A stretch of DNA of 51,619 bases from Candidatus Parcubacteria bacterium (GTDB lineage Bacteria; Patescibacteriota; Minisyncoccia; Phycocordibacterales; PALSA-1337), in the NCBI GenBank assembly GCA_041158765.1, contig JBEBAU010000015.1, positions 1-51,619 on the forward strand. The letters run 5' to 3'. This document shows, piece by piece, positions 18,121-26,537 of the stretch. The number at the start of each line of letters is the position of its first letter. Positions within the stretch are counted from its first letter, which is position 1. The position numbers and the translations under genes were made by a program. A model generated the notes under the pieces. That model had not been told where the DNA came from. It made no database searches and worked only from the letters and a program-made list of their open reading frames with translations.

Positions 18121-19830
18121 ATGATTCAATTTGACGAAGACAAACAAAATCGCCGCGTCACCGACCTTCACAAACGAGAAGAAGAAGAGCTTGTGCAACT
18201 CCTCGCTAGCAAATACGGAACCGAATACGTTGACCTCACCATCACCGCAATAAGTAGCGATGCCCTTCGCCTTATCGAAGAGAAGGATGCTCGTGAAGCA
18301 AAAGCTGCTGGATATGCCCTCATAGACAAAAAGATCCGCGTTGCTGTCCGTAATCCAGAGGATCCGAAGGTTGCCGAGCTTGTCGCTATGCTTCGGGAAA
18401 AGAAACTCGAACCAGAACTCCATATTGCATCAATGACCAGCCTCGAAAAAGCTTGGCTCAATTACAAAGACCTTTCATTCGCATATGAAAGCAAAGCCGG
18501 CTCTCTCGAAATCGCAAGCGAGGAAATCGCAACTATTGTAAGCCAAGCAAAAAGCCTTCCGACTATCATTTCTATTCTCGAGAATACAATGTCGACGAAG
18601 AAGAGCTATCGTGTCTCCCACATTCTCGAAACCATCATTGCAGGAGCTCTCGCTTCAGACGCTTCCGACATCCATATAGAACCAGAAGAGGCATATATTC
18701 GTCTTCGATATCGCCTCGACGGTGTGCTTATTGATATTATCAAATTCGACAAGGATACTTTCAATCTTCTTATTTCACGTATCAAACTTCTCTCTGGTCT
18801 CAAACTCAATGTGAAAAAGTCAGCACAAGACGGCCGTTTTAGTGTGCACTTCGCCGAAACAGATATTGAAATCCGTACATCAGTGCTTCCGGGAGCCTAC
18901 AGCGAATCTGTTGTTATGCGATTGCTCAATCCGAAGTCTATCGGTGTTCCCCTCGAAGAGCTCGGTATTCCACCAAAATTGATGGCAGTTATTGATCGTG
19001 AAATCAACAAGCCAAACGGCATGCTCCTCACCACAGGACCTACCGGTTCCGGTAAGACGACAACACTCTATGCCTTTTTGAAAAAGGTACACAATCCTGA
19101 AATCAAAATCATCACTATTGAAGATCCGATCGAATACCACCTCGAAGGAATTACTCAGACTCAAACAAACGACAAAGGATATAACTTCCTTGAAGGTCTA
19201 CGCTCTGCTTTGCGACAAGATCCTGATGTAATCATGGTTGGTGAGATCCGAGATAGTGAAACAGCCGCAATCGCCATTAACTCGGCACTTACGGGACACC
19301 TTGTGTTTTCAACCCTCCACACCAATAGCGCCGCGGGTGCTTTCCCTCGTCTCATTGATCTTGGTATCAATCCGAAGATCATGAGTTCTGCTATTAACAT
19401 CGTCCTTGCACAGCGTCTTGTTCGAAAGCTCTGCCCTGTTTGTAAGAAGGAAGTTGATTTCACCGCACCTCCTACTGGTGATGCAATTCTAGATAAGCAT
19501 ATTGCTCGAGCTAAGCATATTGTTGAAAAAGTTGTCGCGACTATTGTTGACCGCACTGATGTTCCTGCCAATATCACCAAGATGTGGACTCCGGTCGGTT
19601 GTGATAAGTGTAACAAAACCGGCTACAAAGGCCGTGTCGGTATATACGAAGGAATTATGATAACTGAGGATATTAACAAAGTGGTAGAATATAGTGCGAG
19701 TGAAGCTGAGGTTGCGAAGGCTGCAGTTCCTCAAGGGCTTCTCACAATGACACAAGGTGGTGTCGTCAAAATCCTCGAGGGCCTCACTTCCCTCGACGAA
19801 CTTGAACGAGTTATTTCAATTGAGGAATAA
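18121..19830 (+). CDS. pilB: Type IV pilus / T2SS assembly ATPase (PilB/GspE)
   Basis: ASDIHIEP, QDGRF, GPTGSGKTTTLY, TIEDPIEY, LRQDPD, GHLVFSTLH, tetracysteine motif. Confidence 0.9.
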   Translation: MIQFDEDKQNRRVTDLHKREEEELVQLLASKYGTEYVDLTITAISSDALRLIEEKDAREAKAAGYALIDKKIRVAVRNPEDPKVAELVAMLREKKLEPELHIASMTSLEKAWLNYKDLSFAYESKAGSLEIASEEIATIVSQAKSLPTIISILENTMSTKKSYRVSHILETIIAGALASDASDIHIEPEEAYIRLRYRLDGVLIDIIKFDKDTFNLLISRIKLLSGLKLNVKKSAQDGRFSVHFAETDIEIRTSVLPGAYSESVVMRLLNPKSIGVPLEELGIPPKLMAVIDREINKPNGMLLTTGPTGSGKTTTLYAFLKKVHNPEIKIITIEDPIEYHLEGITQTQTNDKGYNFLEGLRSALRQDPDVIMVGEIRDSETAAIAINSALTGHLVFSTLHTNSAAGAFPRLIDLGINPKIMSSAINIVLAQRLVRKLCPVCKKEVDFTAPPTGDAILDKHIARAKHIVEKVVATIVDRTDVPANITKMWTPVGCDKCNKTGYKGRVGIYEGIMITEDINKVVEYSASEAEVAKAAVPQGLLTMTQGGVVKILEGLTSLDELERVISIEE

Positions 19831-19842
19831 TTTCAAACATAT

Positions 19843-20241
19843 ATGCAAAATCCAACCGAACTAAGCAGAGCGACAGACAATTTGAAGCGAGAATGGGATC
19901 GCGAAACTGAAGAATTCAAACACGAACAAGAGGCTTTTGAAAAAGCTGAAAAAGAAGTCGTTGCTCTCGAGACAGAAGTGCACGACAAAGAGACAGTAAT
20001 GCGAGAAAAAGAGAATGAAATGAAAAGACTTGTTCAAGATATCTTGCTCAAGAAGCGTAATCTCTCAGAAGCACGAGCAAAGGTGAATAGAATGAAGCCT
20101 GTTCTCGAAAATAAAAAGATGAAAATGAATATGGATCGACGAAGAATCGAACAAGATCAAATGATGCTCAAAGCTCAGCTCGACAAACTCAACAAAAGTG
20201 GTGGAGATCACAAAAACAGCAATTTCAGCATAAATCGATAG
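19843..20241 (+). CDS. Coiled-coil hypothetical protein
   Basis: E/K/R-rich heptad-like 132-aa ORF following pilB. Confidence 0.65.
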   Translation: MQNPTELSRATDNLKREWDRETEEFKHEQEAFEKAEKEVVALETEVHDKETVMREKENEMKRLVQDILLKKRNLSEARAKVNRMKPVLENKKMKMNMDRRRIEQDQMMLKAQLDKLNKSGGDHKNSNFSINR

Positions 20242-20305
20242 TTACGAACCACAAAAGTTTCGCTGTCAATTGAATTTTTCTACGAGAGGAGTACCATTAG
20301 TACCA

Positions 20306-20522
20306 GTAGTAGTTTTGCGCAATAGAGTTCGAATGCAGAAATCTCCAAGCAATACTTTCAAGCAGCCGCCCAAAAGTTAAACATAGCCCAAAGGATAACC
20401 CCAGTAACCTGCACACGAGGTGAGGACCAAAATGTCCTCAAAGCTATGTCAGCCATGTAGAGTGAACTACATGTATTGCTTAGAGATTTATGAATTCGAT
20501 GAGCACTTTTGCATCCTGCTAT
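20306..20522 (+). ncRNA. Candidate structured ncRNA (6S RNA-like)
   Basis: Long-range pairing 20339-20355/20473-20489 (16 of 17), inner stem 20381-87/20443-49, internal hairpins, upstream TTGAAT-16-TACCAT. Confidence 0.5.
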
Positions 20523-20583
20523 ATGAAGCGTTCTGGAAGCTTTCGAATGTTGTACTCAAGTATCCTAGCATAAAAGAAATCAT

Positions 20584-21597
20584 ATGTCAAGCCCCATACC
20601 AACCAAGGCCCCAGCTGAAGCCGATTCAAAAAAAGACACGGCATATCTCGACCAGACACTCCGTCCGGCAAAATGGGCTGAATATATTGGTCAAAAAGGC
20701 ATAAAAGACAATTTGCATATACTTCTTACTGCTGCACAACAGCGCAAACACCCTCCCGAACACATACTTTTTTATGGTCCTCCAGGACTTGGTAAGACTA
20801 CCCTCGCCCACCTCATTGCTCGCGAGACCGGTGCACAGATGAAAGTCACTTCTGGTCCAGCAATTCTCAAAGTTGGTGATCTCGCTTCAATTCTTACAAA
20901 TCTCGCTCATGGTGATATTCTTTTCATAGATGAAATTCACCGTTTGAATAAAGCCATTGAAGAAGTGCTCTACCCTGCTATGGAATCAGGGGTGCTTGAT
21001 ATCATTATTGGCAAAGGTCCTTCAGCACGAACTATTCAACTCGAACTTCCTTCTTTCACATTGATTGCGGCGACAACACGTATTGCAATGATTTCTTCGC
21101 CGCTACGATCACGATTTTCTGGCGGGGTTTTCAAGCTTGAATTTTATACTGAGGATGAAATTGGTGAAATAATAAAGCGCTCAAGTACTATTCTTGATAT
21201 CAAGATACATGATGATGCGGTCAAAGCCATCGCAAAGCGCAGCCGTTTCACTCCACGTACTGCAAACTATTTTTTGAAACGATGCCGTGACTATGCTCAG
21301 ATTCATAATATATCGTTGAGTCATGATGTTGTGGAGAAGGCGCTCTCAATGCTTGGTGTAGATCACCTTGGGCTCAATGCGGCCGACCGGGACATCCTTC
21401 GTACAATGATAGACAAATTTGCTGGTGGCCCAGTCGGCCTCAATACTATTGCGGCCGCGCTCTCCGAAGAGCAGGCGACGATCGAAGAAGTCTATGAACC
21501 GTATTTGATACAGCTCGGCCTCCTCGAAAGAACCCCGCGCGGCCGCACCGTTACCGACAAAGCGTATCTTCATCTCGGCACAAAAAAGCCTGCTTAA
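20584..21597 (+). CDS. ruvB: Holliday junction helicase RuvB
   Basis: LRP...YIGQ, GPPGLGKTTLA, FIDEIHRL, EPYLIQ, RTPRGR. Confidence 0.97.
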   Translation: MSSPIPTKAPAEADSKKDTAYLDQTLRPAKWAEYIGQKGIKDNLHILLTAAQQRKHPPEHILFYGPPGLGKTTLAHLIARETGAQMKVTSGPAILKVGDLASILTNLAHGDILFIDEIHRLNKAIEEVLYPAMESGVLDIIIGKGPSARTIQLELPSFTLIAATTRIAMISSPLRSRFSGGVFKLEFYTEDEIGEIIKRSSTILDIKIHDDAVKAIAKRSRFTPRTANYFLKRCRDYAQIHNISLSHDVVEKALSMLGVDHLGLNAADRDILRTMIDKFAGGPVGLNTIAAALSEEQATIEEVYEPYLIQLGLLERTPRGRTVTDKAYLHLGTKKPA

Positions 21598-21630
21598 CCA
21601 CCACCCTTTCACACATGCTATGATAAAAGC

Positions 21631-22908
21631 ATGGAACCGAACTTCACCACACTCGCAACAAACAAAAACCGTAAAGACGCTCTCGACATCGTGCAAGCAG
21701 GGCTCAATGCAATAAACACTCGCCGCATTATCCGAGAAGCATTTTCACTCAGTGGCAATACACTCACTATTCGTGGCAATGTTTTCAATCTCGACCAATT
21801 CAAATCTCTGCATGTAATTGGTTTTGGTAAAGCTGTATGTGAGGCTGTTTCAGAAATTGATGCGATACTCGGTGAGCATATTGATGGTGGTATTACCATT
21901 AGTACCGAAAGTGGCACGTGCGAGACTGTTGATATATATGAAGGATCACACCCGATGCCTTCAGAACACAATGTTCTTATTTCAAAAAAGATTATTGATT
22001 TATCTGAAAAGCTCCAAAAGGATGATCTCGTACTTGTTATCTCTTCCGGTGGAGGTTCATCACTTCTCTGTTGGCCACCAGAAGAATGTGAAGATGGCAA
22101 AAGACTCTATGCAGAATTTCTAAAGACCGGAGGGAGTATCAGTGAACTCAATACTGTCCGAAAACATATTTCATCTATCAAGGGTGGTGGTTTGGCCAAA
22201 GCCCTCTACCCCGCACATGTTGTCGGGCTTGTCTTCTGTGATGTTCCCGGAGGTGTATATGCCGACGTTGCTTCTGGTCCAACATATCTCGACACGACGA
22301 CCATAGCGGACGCGCAAGCAATTATTTCGAAGTATTCTCTTGGCTCATATGAATTGAAAGAGACACCGAAGGATTCAATGTATTTTGAAAAGGTCCTCAA
22401 TATTCCAATGGTATCGAATCAAACCGCTCTCGATGCAATGAAAGTACGCGCTCAAGAATTGGGCTTCGAAGCAACGATAGCTGGAAATGATATGTACGGG
22501 ACACCAACAGAAGTCTGTAAGCACATGAATCAAAGTGCGCGCACATTACTTTCAGATAAAAAAGTAGTTATTGCTGGCGGTGAACCATCACTACATGTCC
22601 CAGAAAAACACGGCAAAGGCGGAAGAAATCAATTTGTAGCACTTACATTTGCCCAAAACATCACATCGGGACAAGTATTTATTTCAATTGGTTCTGATGG
22701 AAAAGACAACACTCTCGCAGCTGGAGCTATTGTAGATAGTGAAACATCGATGAAAATAAAAAAGGCTGGTTTTGATTTGAAACAGACACTTGAAAACTTC
22801 GACTCGTACCCTGCCCTCGAGGCTTGTGGTGATCTTATAATTACCGGATCAACGGGAGCGAACGTTTCAGATATTATGCTACTATTAGAAGACAAAAAAT
22901 CATGTTAA
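21631..22908 (+). CDS. Glycerate 2-kinase (DUF4147/MOFRL type)
   Basis: GFGKA, SHPMP, ISSGGGSSL, ELNTVRKHISSIKGG, ASGPT, GGRNQ, SDGKD, TGANVSD. Confidence 0.9.
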   Translation: MEPNFTTLATNKNRKDALDIVQAGLNAINTRRIIREAFSLSGNTLTIRGNVFNLDQFKSLHVIGFGKAVCEAVSEIDAILGEHIDGGITISTESGTCETVDIYEGSHPMPSEHNVLISKKIIDLSEKLQKDDLVLVISSGGGSSLLCWPPEECEDGKRLYAEFLKTGGSISELNTVRKHISSIKGGGLAKALYPAHVVGLVFCDVPGGVYADVASGPTYLDTTTIADAQAIISKYSLGSYELKETPKDSMYFEKVLNIPMVSNQTALDAMKVRAQELGFEATIAGNDMYGTPTEVCKHMNQSARTLLSDKKVVIAGGEPSLHVPEKHGKGGRNQFVALTFAQNITSGQVFISIGSDGKDNTLAAGAIVDSETSMKIKKAGFDLKQTLENFDSYPALEACGDLIITGSTGANVSDIMLLLEDKKSC

Positions 22909-23753
22909 AAGCACTTTTTACTAAAAACAAAAAAAGACAGGGTGGAAGATCACAAATTATTGCGACAATTGGTCCGGCATCAAGCAGTATTGAAACTCTC
23001 GAAAAAATGATTGATGCCGGCATGGATATTGCTCGTCTCAACTTCTCTTGGGGTACTCACGATGAGCACCGAGCACTTATATCAAATATCCGCGCCGCCG
23101 CAACGAAGAAGGGTGTGCATATACCAATAATCCAAGACCTCTCGGGTCCACGAGTGCAGCATTCACAGGGACATGCTTTCAATGAACACTTTTCTGAAAG
23201 CAAACACGCTCATGGCGTTCTAACTGAAAAAGATTTGCGCGACCTTGATTTTGGAGCAAGCCAAAACATTGAGTACGTTGCCCTTTCATATGTCGGCTCA
23301 GCAAACGATGTTGCACATCTTCGTGCTCAAATGAAAATACGTGATTACAATGCTCGCATTATCGCGAAGATAGAGCGTGCCGACGCACTCAAACACATAA
23401 AAAGTATTATTTCTGCATCAGATGCTGTCATGGTTGCCCGTGGGGATCTCGGCAATGAGGTTCCTCTCGAACAAATTCCATATATTCAACTCGATATTAT
23501 ACGCACAGCCAATAGGAAGCGCCGTCCAGCAATCACCGCGACACAGATGATGCTTAGCATGAAAGAAAATCCTCTCCCAACAAGAGCTGAGGTGACTGAT
23601 GTTGCATATGCAATTCTTGATGGCTCTGATGCAGTTATGCTTTCTGAAGAATCAGCTCAAGGCAAATACCCTTCCGAGACAATTGCTATGATGGATAGAA
23701 TTATTGTTGAAGCAGAGCGACACGAATACAAACCGAAGCTCAACTTACTGTAA
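22902..23753 (+). CDS. pyk: Pyruvate kinase, minimal (barrel only)
   Basis: IIATIGPAS, ARLNFS, IIAKIE, VMVARGDLG, ATQMMLSM, PTRAEVTDVA, DAVMLSEE. Confidence 0.9.
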   Translation: MLKALFTKNKKRQGGRSQIIATIGPASSSIETLEKMIDAGMDIARLNFSWGTHDEHRALISNIRAAATKKGVHIPIIQDLSGPRVQHSQGHAFNEHFSESKHAHGVLTEKDLRDLDFGASQNIEYVALSYVGSANDVAHLRAQMKIRDYNARIIAKIERADALKHIKSIISASDAVMVARGDLGNEVPLEQIPYIQLDIIRTANRKRRPAITATQMMLSMKENPLPTRAEVTDVAYAILDGSDAVMLSEESAQGKYPSETIAMMDRIIVEAERHEYKPKLNLL

Positions 23754-23834
23754 TTTTTCTCACTTTGTTGTAGTTATTTTCTGTGCTTTTTTGACCTTGC
23801 AGAGCTCCAATAATGTGGCTATTATGTACTTACT

Positions 23835-24365
23835 ATGTCAGGACATAATAAATTTTCAAAAATAAAACACCAGAAGGCCAAGACAGATGCTCAAAAGAGT
23901 AAGATTTTCACCAAAATGGTGAAACTAATTTCAACTGAAGCCAAAAAAGCCAATGGAAACCTTAGTTCCCCTGGCCTTGCAAATGCTATCGAAAAAGCAA
24001 AGAAGGCTAATACCCCTAATGACACTATTGAGCGCGCAATAAAAAAGGCTACGGCAGACAATAGCGCTGCAATGGAAACAATCGTATACGAAGCATATGG
24101 TCCAGGTGGTGTTGCTATTATCATTGAATCCCTCACCGATAATCGCAACAAAGCTGCACAAGAGATCAAACACATCCTTTCACTTCACGGCTCAGAGCTT
24201 GCGGCTCCGGGTAGTGCTTCATGGGCTTTCACCAAGACACATGAAGGTTGGGTTGCATCAACCACAACACCCCTTGAGGACGCCGATATTACTGCGTTAG
24301 AGGCTTTTGTAGAGGCACTCGAAGAGAATGATGAGGTACAGGCAGTATTTACGAATGCAGAATAA
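23835..24365 (+). CDS. yebC: YebC/PmpR-family protein (short form)
   Basis: MSGHNKFSKIKHQK, YEAYGPGG, TDNRNK, VFTNAE. Confidence 0.92.
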   Translation: MSGHNKFSKIKHQKAKTDAQKSKIFTKMVKLISTEAKKANGNLSSPGLANAIEKAKKANTPNDTIERAIKKATADNSAAMETIVYEAYGPGGVAIIIESLTDNRNKAAQEIKHILSLHGSELAAPGSASWAFTKTHEGWVASTTTPLEDADITALEAFVEALEENDEVQAVFTNAE

Positions 24366-24368
24366 TAT

Positions 24369-24869
24369 ATGCGAGTACTCGGCATAGATCCAGGATATGA
24401 TCGTCTCGGCATTGCTGTAGTAGAAAAAACCGCTGGGCAAAACAAAGAGACCCTCGTATATTCATCTTGTTTTACCACATCTCCCAAAGATTCTTTTTAT
24501 ACGCGACTCGTGGCTGTTGGTGCAGAAATTTCTCGTATTATTGATGAGTATAAGCCGGAATCCCTTTCAATTGAATCGTTGTATGTAACAAACAATCAAA
24601 AGACGGCTATGCGTGTTGCTGAAGCGCGTGGTGTTATTGTGTATGAAGCTGTCCGTAGAGGTCTTCCTGTATATGAATACACACCTGGTCAAATAAAAAT
24701 CGCAGTTACCGGACATGGAGCAAGTGACAAAGAGCAGGTTATGAAAATGATTCCCCTATTGCTCAAAATACCAAATAAAAAAGCTGAGACATTAGATGAT
24801 GAATATGACGCTATCGCTGTTGCACTCACCTGTTTGGCTTCTGCCGGTCACATTCGTTCACAAAAATAG
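24369..24869 (+). CDS. ruvC: Crossover junction endodeoxyribonuclease RuvC
   Basis: VLGIDPG, IESLY, EARGV, YTPGQIKIAVTG, DDEYDAIAVA. Confidence 0.95.
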   Translation: MRVLGIDPGYDRLGIAVVEKTAGQNKETLVYSSCFTTSPKDSFYTRLVAVGAEISRIIDEYKPESLSIESLYVTNNQKTAMRVAEARGVIVYEAVRRGLPVYEYTPGQIKIAVTGHGASDKEQVMKMIPLLLKIPNKKAETLDDEYDAIAVALTCLASAGHIRSQK

Positions 24870-24944
24870 TTTTCCACAGGTGTCGCTATTTGCAAAAATA
24901 TTTTGGTTTTGTTACAACTATGAAATCAAAAATAAATTACGAAT

Positions 24945-25187
24945 ATGCCTCGAGCAAAAACCACAAAAAAATCCGCAACGAAATCTGTAGTCGAACCTAG
25001 AGATGAAGAGATGGATGAAACAAAAACAAAGAACGGTCCGATTGATATTCCAGAAGAGGATGATAAGGGTGTAGACCCAGAAACAATATCTATTGATGAA
25101 GCACTCGCCGAAGAGGAAGAGGGTGAGGATGATGCAATGCTCGACAAAGAAGAGATAGACCCGTTCGGAGATAAGTGGGAAGAATAG
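24945..25187 (+). CDS. Small protein with basic N-terminus and highly acidic C-terminus
   Basis: 80 aa, D/E-rich, ends EEIDPFGDKWEE. Confidence 0.7.
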   Translation: MPRAKTTKKSATKSVVEPRDEEMDETKTKNGPIDIPEEDDKGVDPETISIDEALAEEEEGEDDAMLDKEEIDPFGDKWEE

Positions 25188-25193
25188 AAAAAG

Positions 25194-25259
25194 AAAAGAC
25201 CTTATCTATTTTTGAGGGGCTTCCCCAGACGGCCCCGAACAAAATAGGTAAGGTCTTTT
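25194..25259. terminator. Bidirectional terminator between convergent genes
   Basis: AAAAGACCTTATCTATTTT...AAAATAGGTAAGGTCTTTT arms with a GC-rich core. Confidence 0.7.
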
Positions 25260-25262
25260 ATA

Positions 25263-26501
25263 TTACTTAAGAGAAACCTTCAAAAAGCGCTTCTTACCGA
25301 TACGAAATGCAGCTGGGTGCTCTATCGTGTACTCTGCATTCGTAATTGGTGTATCTGAACCAAACTCACTAACTCCGTTTCCTAATACGAGACGTCGGAA
25401 CTCATTTTTTGAAGCGACGATTTTTTCAGCGACAAGCACATCGACTAATTTTGAGCCCTTCTGCACTGCCACAGTTACTGTATCACTCGGTATCTCCCCT
25501 TTTTTGAAGGTATTATCAAAAGCCTTTGCTGCCGTTTCGGCTGCGAGAGCTCCGTGATACATCGTGACCAATTCCTTTGCGAGACGAACCTTGATATCGC
25601 GAGGGTTGGCGCCGGCTGTAAGTGATTCTTGAATCTTTTTAATTTCATCCATCTTCACATACGTACAATCGATAAACACTGAGATGATTGTTTCATCAGG
25701 AAGAGCCATAGTCTTACCGAACATATTTGTTGGAGAGTCGTTGAGTGCAATATATCCTCCCTCACTCTTACTCATGAGTTTTTTGCCAGTCTTAGGATTC
25801 ACAAGGAGTGTTGTAGTAATAACAAACTTCTCTTTGTTATTGTATGACCTCTGGAGGATTCTTCCTGCGAGCATATTGAAAGTCTGATCGTTTCCGCCCA
25901 CCTCTCCGTCAACACCAAGCGCCACACTGTCGTATCCCTGCATGAGAGGATACATGAATTCGTGGAGATGAATTGGTTTTTGTTCACTCATACGCTTCTC
26001 GAACATGTCTCGTTCTAGCATTTGTTGAACAGTGAAATTCGAAGCGAGCGAAACAACATCTTTGAATGAAAGCTTCGCGAGCCATGTGCTGTTTTTTACA
26101 AAGGTTGGAGGATTCTTTTTGTCTTTAATCTGTATTACCTTTGCCACCTGATCTTTCCAACCACGGATATTGTCGGCTACCTGTGCTTCAGTGAGAGGTG
26201 TGCGTGTTGCATTCTTATCTGTAGGGTCTCCAATCATTGCAGTGAAATCCCCAAACAAAACCACGATTTCATGACCGAGTTTGCGTAGTCTTTCAAGTAA
26301 AATAAGATTAGTTGCATGTCCTATATGCAAATCAGACCCTGTTGCATCAGCTCCGAGGTAAATCTTGAGACGCTTGCCGCTAAGCAGAAGCTTGGTAACC
26401 GCCTCTTTTGATGGATATACTGCGCTAACACTTCTAGTGAGAATTTCTTCTATAAGCTCTTGATTTGTGTCTACTGGTAGATTTTTCTTGAATGAAAACA
26501 T
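25263..26501 (-). CDS. tyrS: Tyrosine--tRNA ligase
   Basis: HIGH, YPLMQGYD, GGNDQ, LMSKS, C-terminal S4-like domain. Confidence 0.96.
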   Translation of the reverse strand: MFSFKKNLPVDTNQELIEEILTRSVSAVYPSKEAVTKLLLSGKRLKIYLGADATGSDLHIGHATNLILLERLRKLGHEIVVLFGDFTAMIGDPTDKNATRTPLTEAQVADNIRGWKDQVAKVIQIKDKKNPPTFVKNSTWLAKLSFKDVVSLASNFTVQQMLERDMFEKRMSEQKPIHLHEFMYPLMQGYDSVALGVDGEVGGNDQTFNMLAGRILQRSYNNKEKFVITTTLLVNPKTGKKLMSKSEGGYIALNDSPTNMFGKTMALPDETIISVFIDCTYVKMDEIKKIQESLTAGANPRDIKVRLAKELVTMYHGALAAETAAKAFDNTFKKGEIPSDTVTVAVQKGSKLVDVLVAEKIVASKNEFRRLVLGNGVSEFGSDTPITNAEYTIEHPAAFRIGKKRFLKVSLK

Positions 26502-26537
26502 GAGCATAATCTACCATATATGTTACAATTTGGCATT

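Noticed and set aside
20420-20704. 94-aa ORF upstream of and overlapping ruvB
   Set aside because: Overlaps ruvB out of frame, has no recognisable motif, and the region is better explained by RNA structure
23835-24365. Short YebC (and short HolA, YidC) as pseudogenes
   Set aside because: Both termini and key motifs are intact with no frameshifts; consistent with streamlining
24870-24878. Isolated DnaA-box-like TTTTCCACA after ruvC
   Set aside because: Single copy with no cluster; expected by chance
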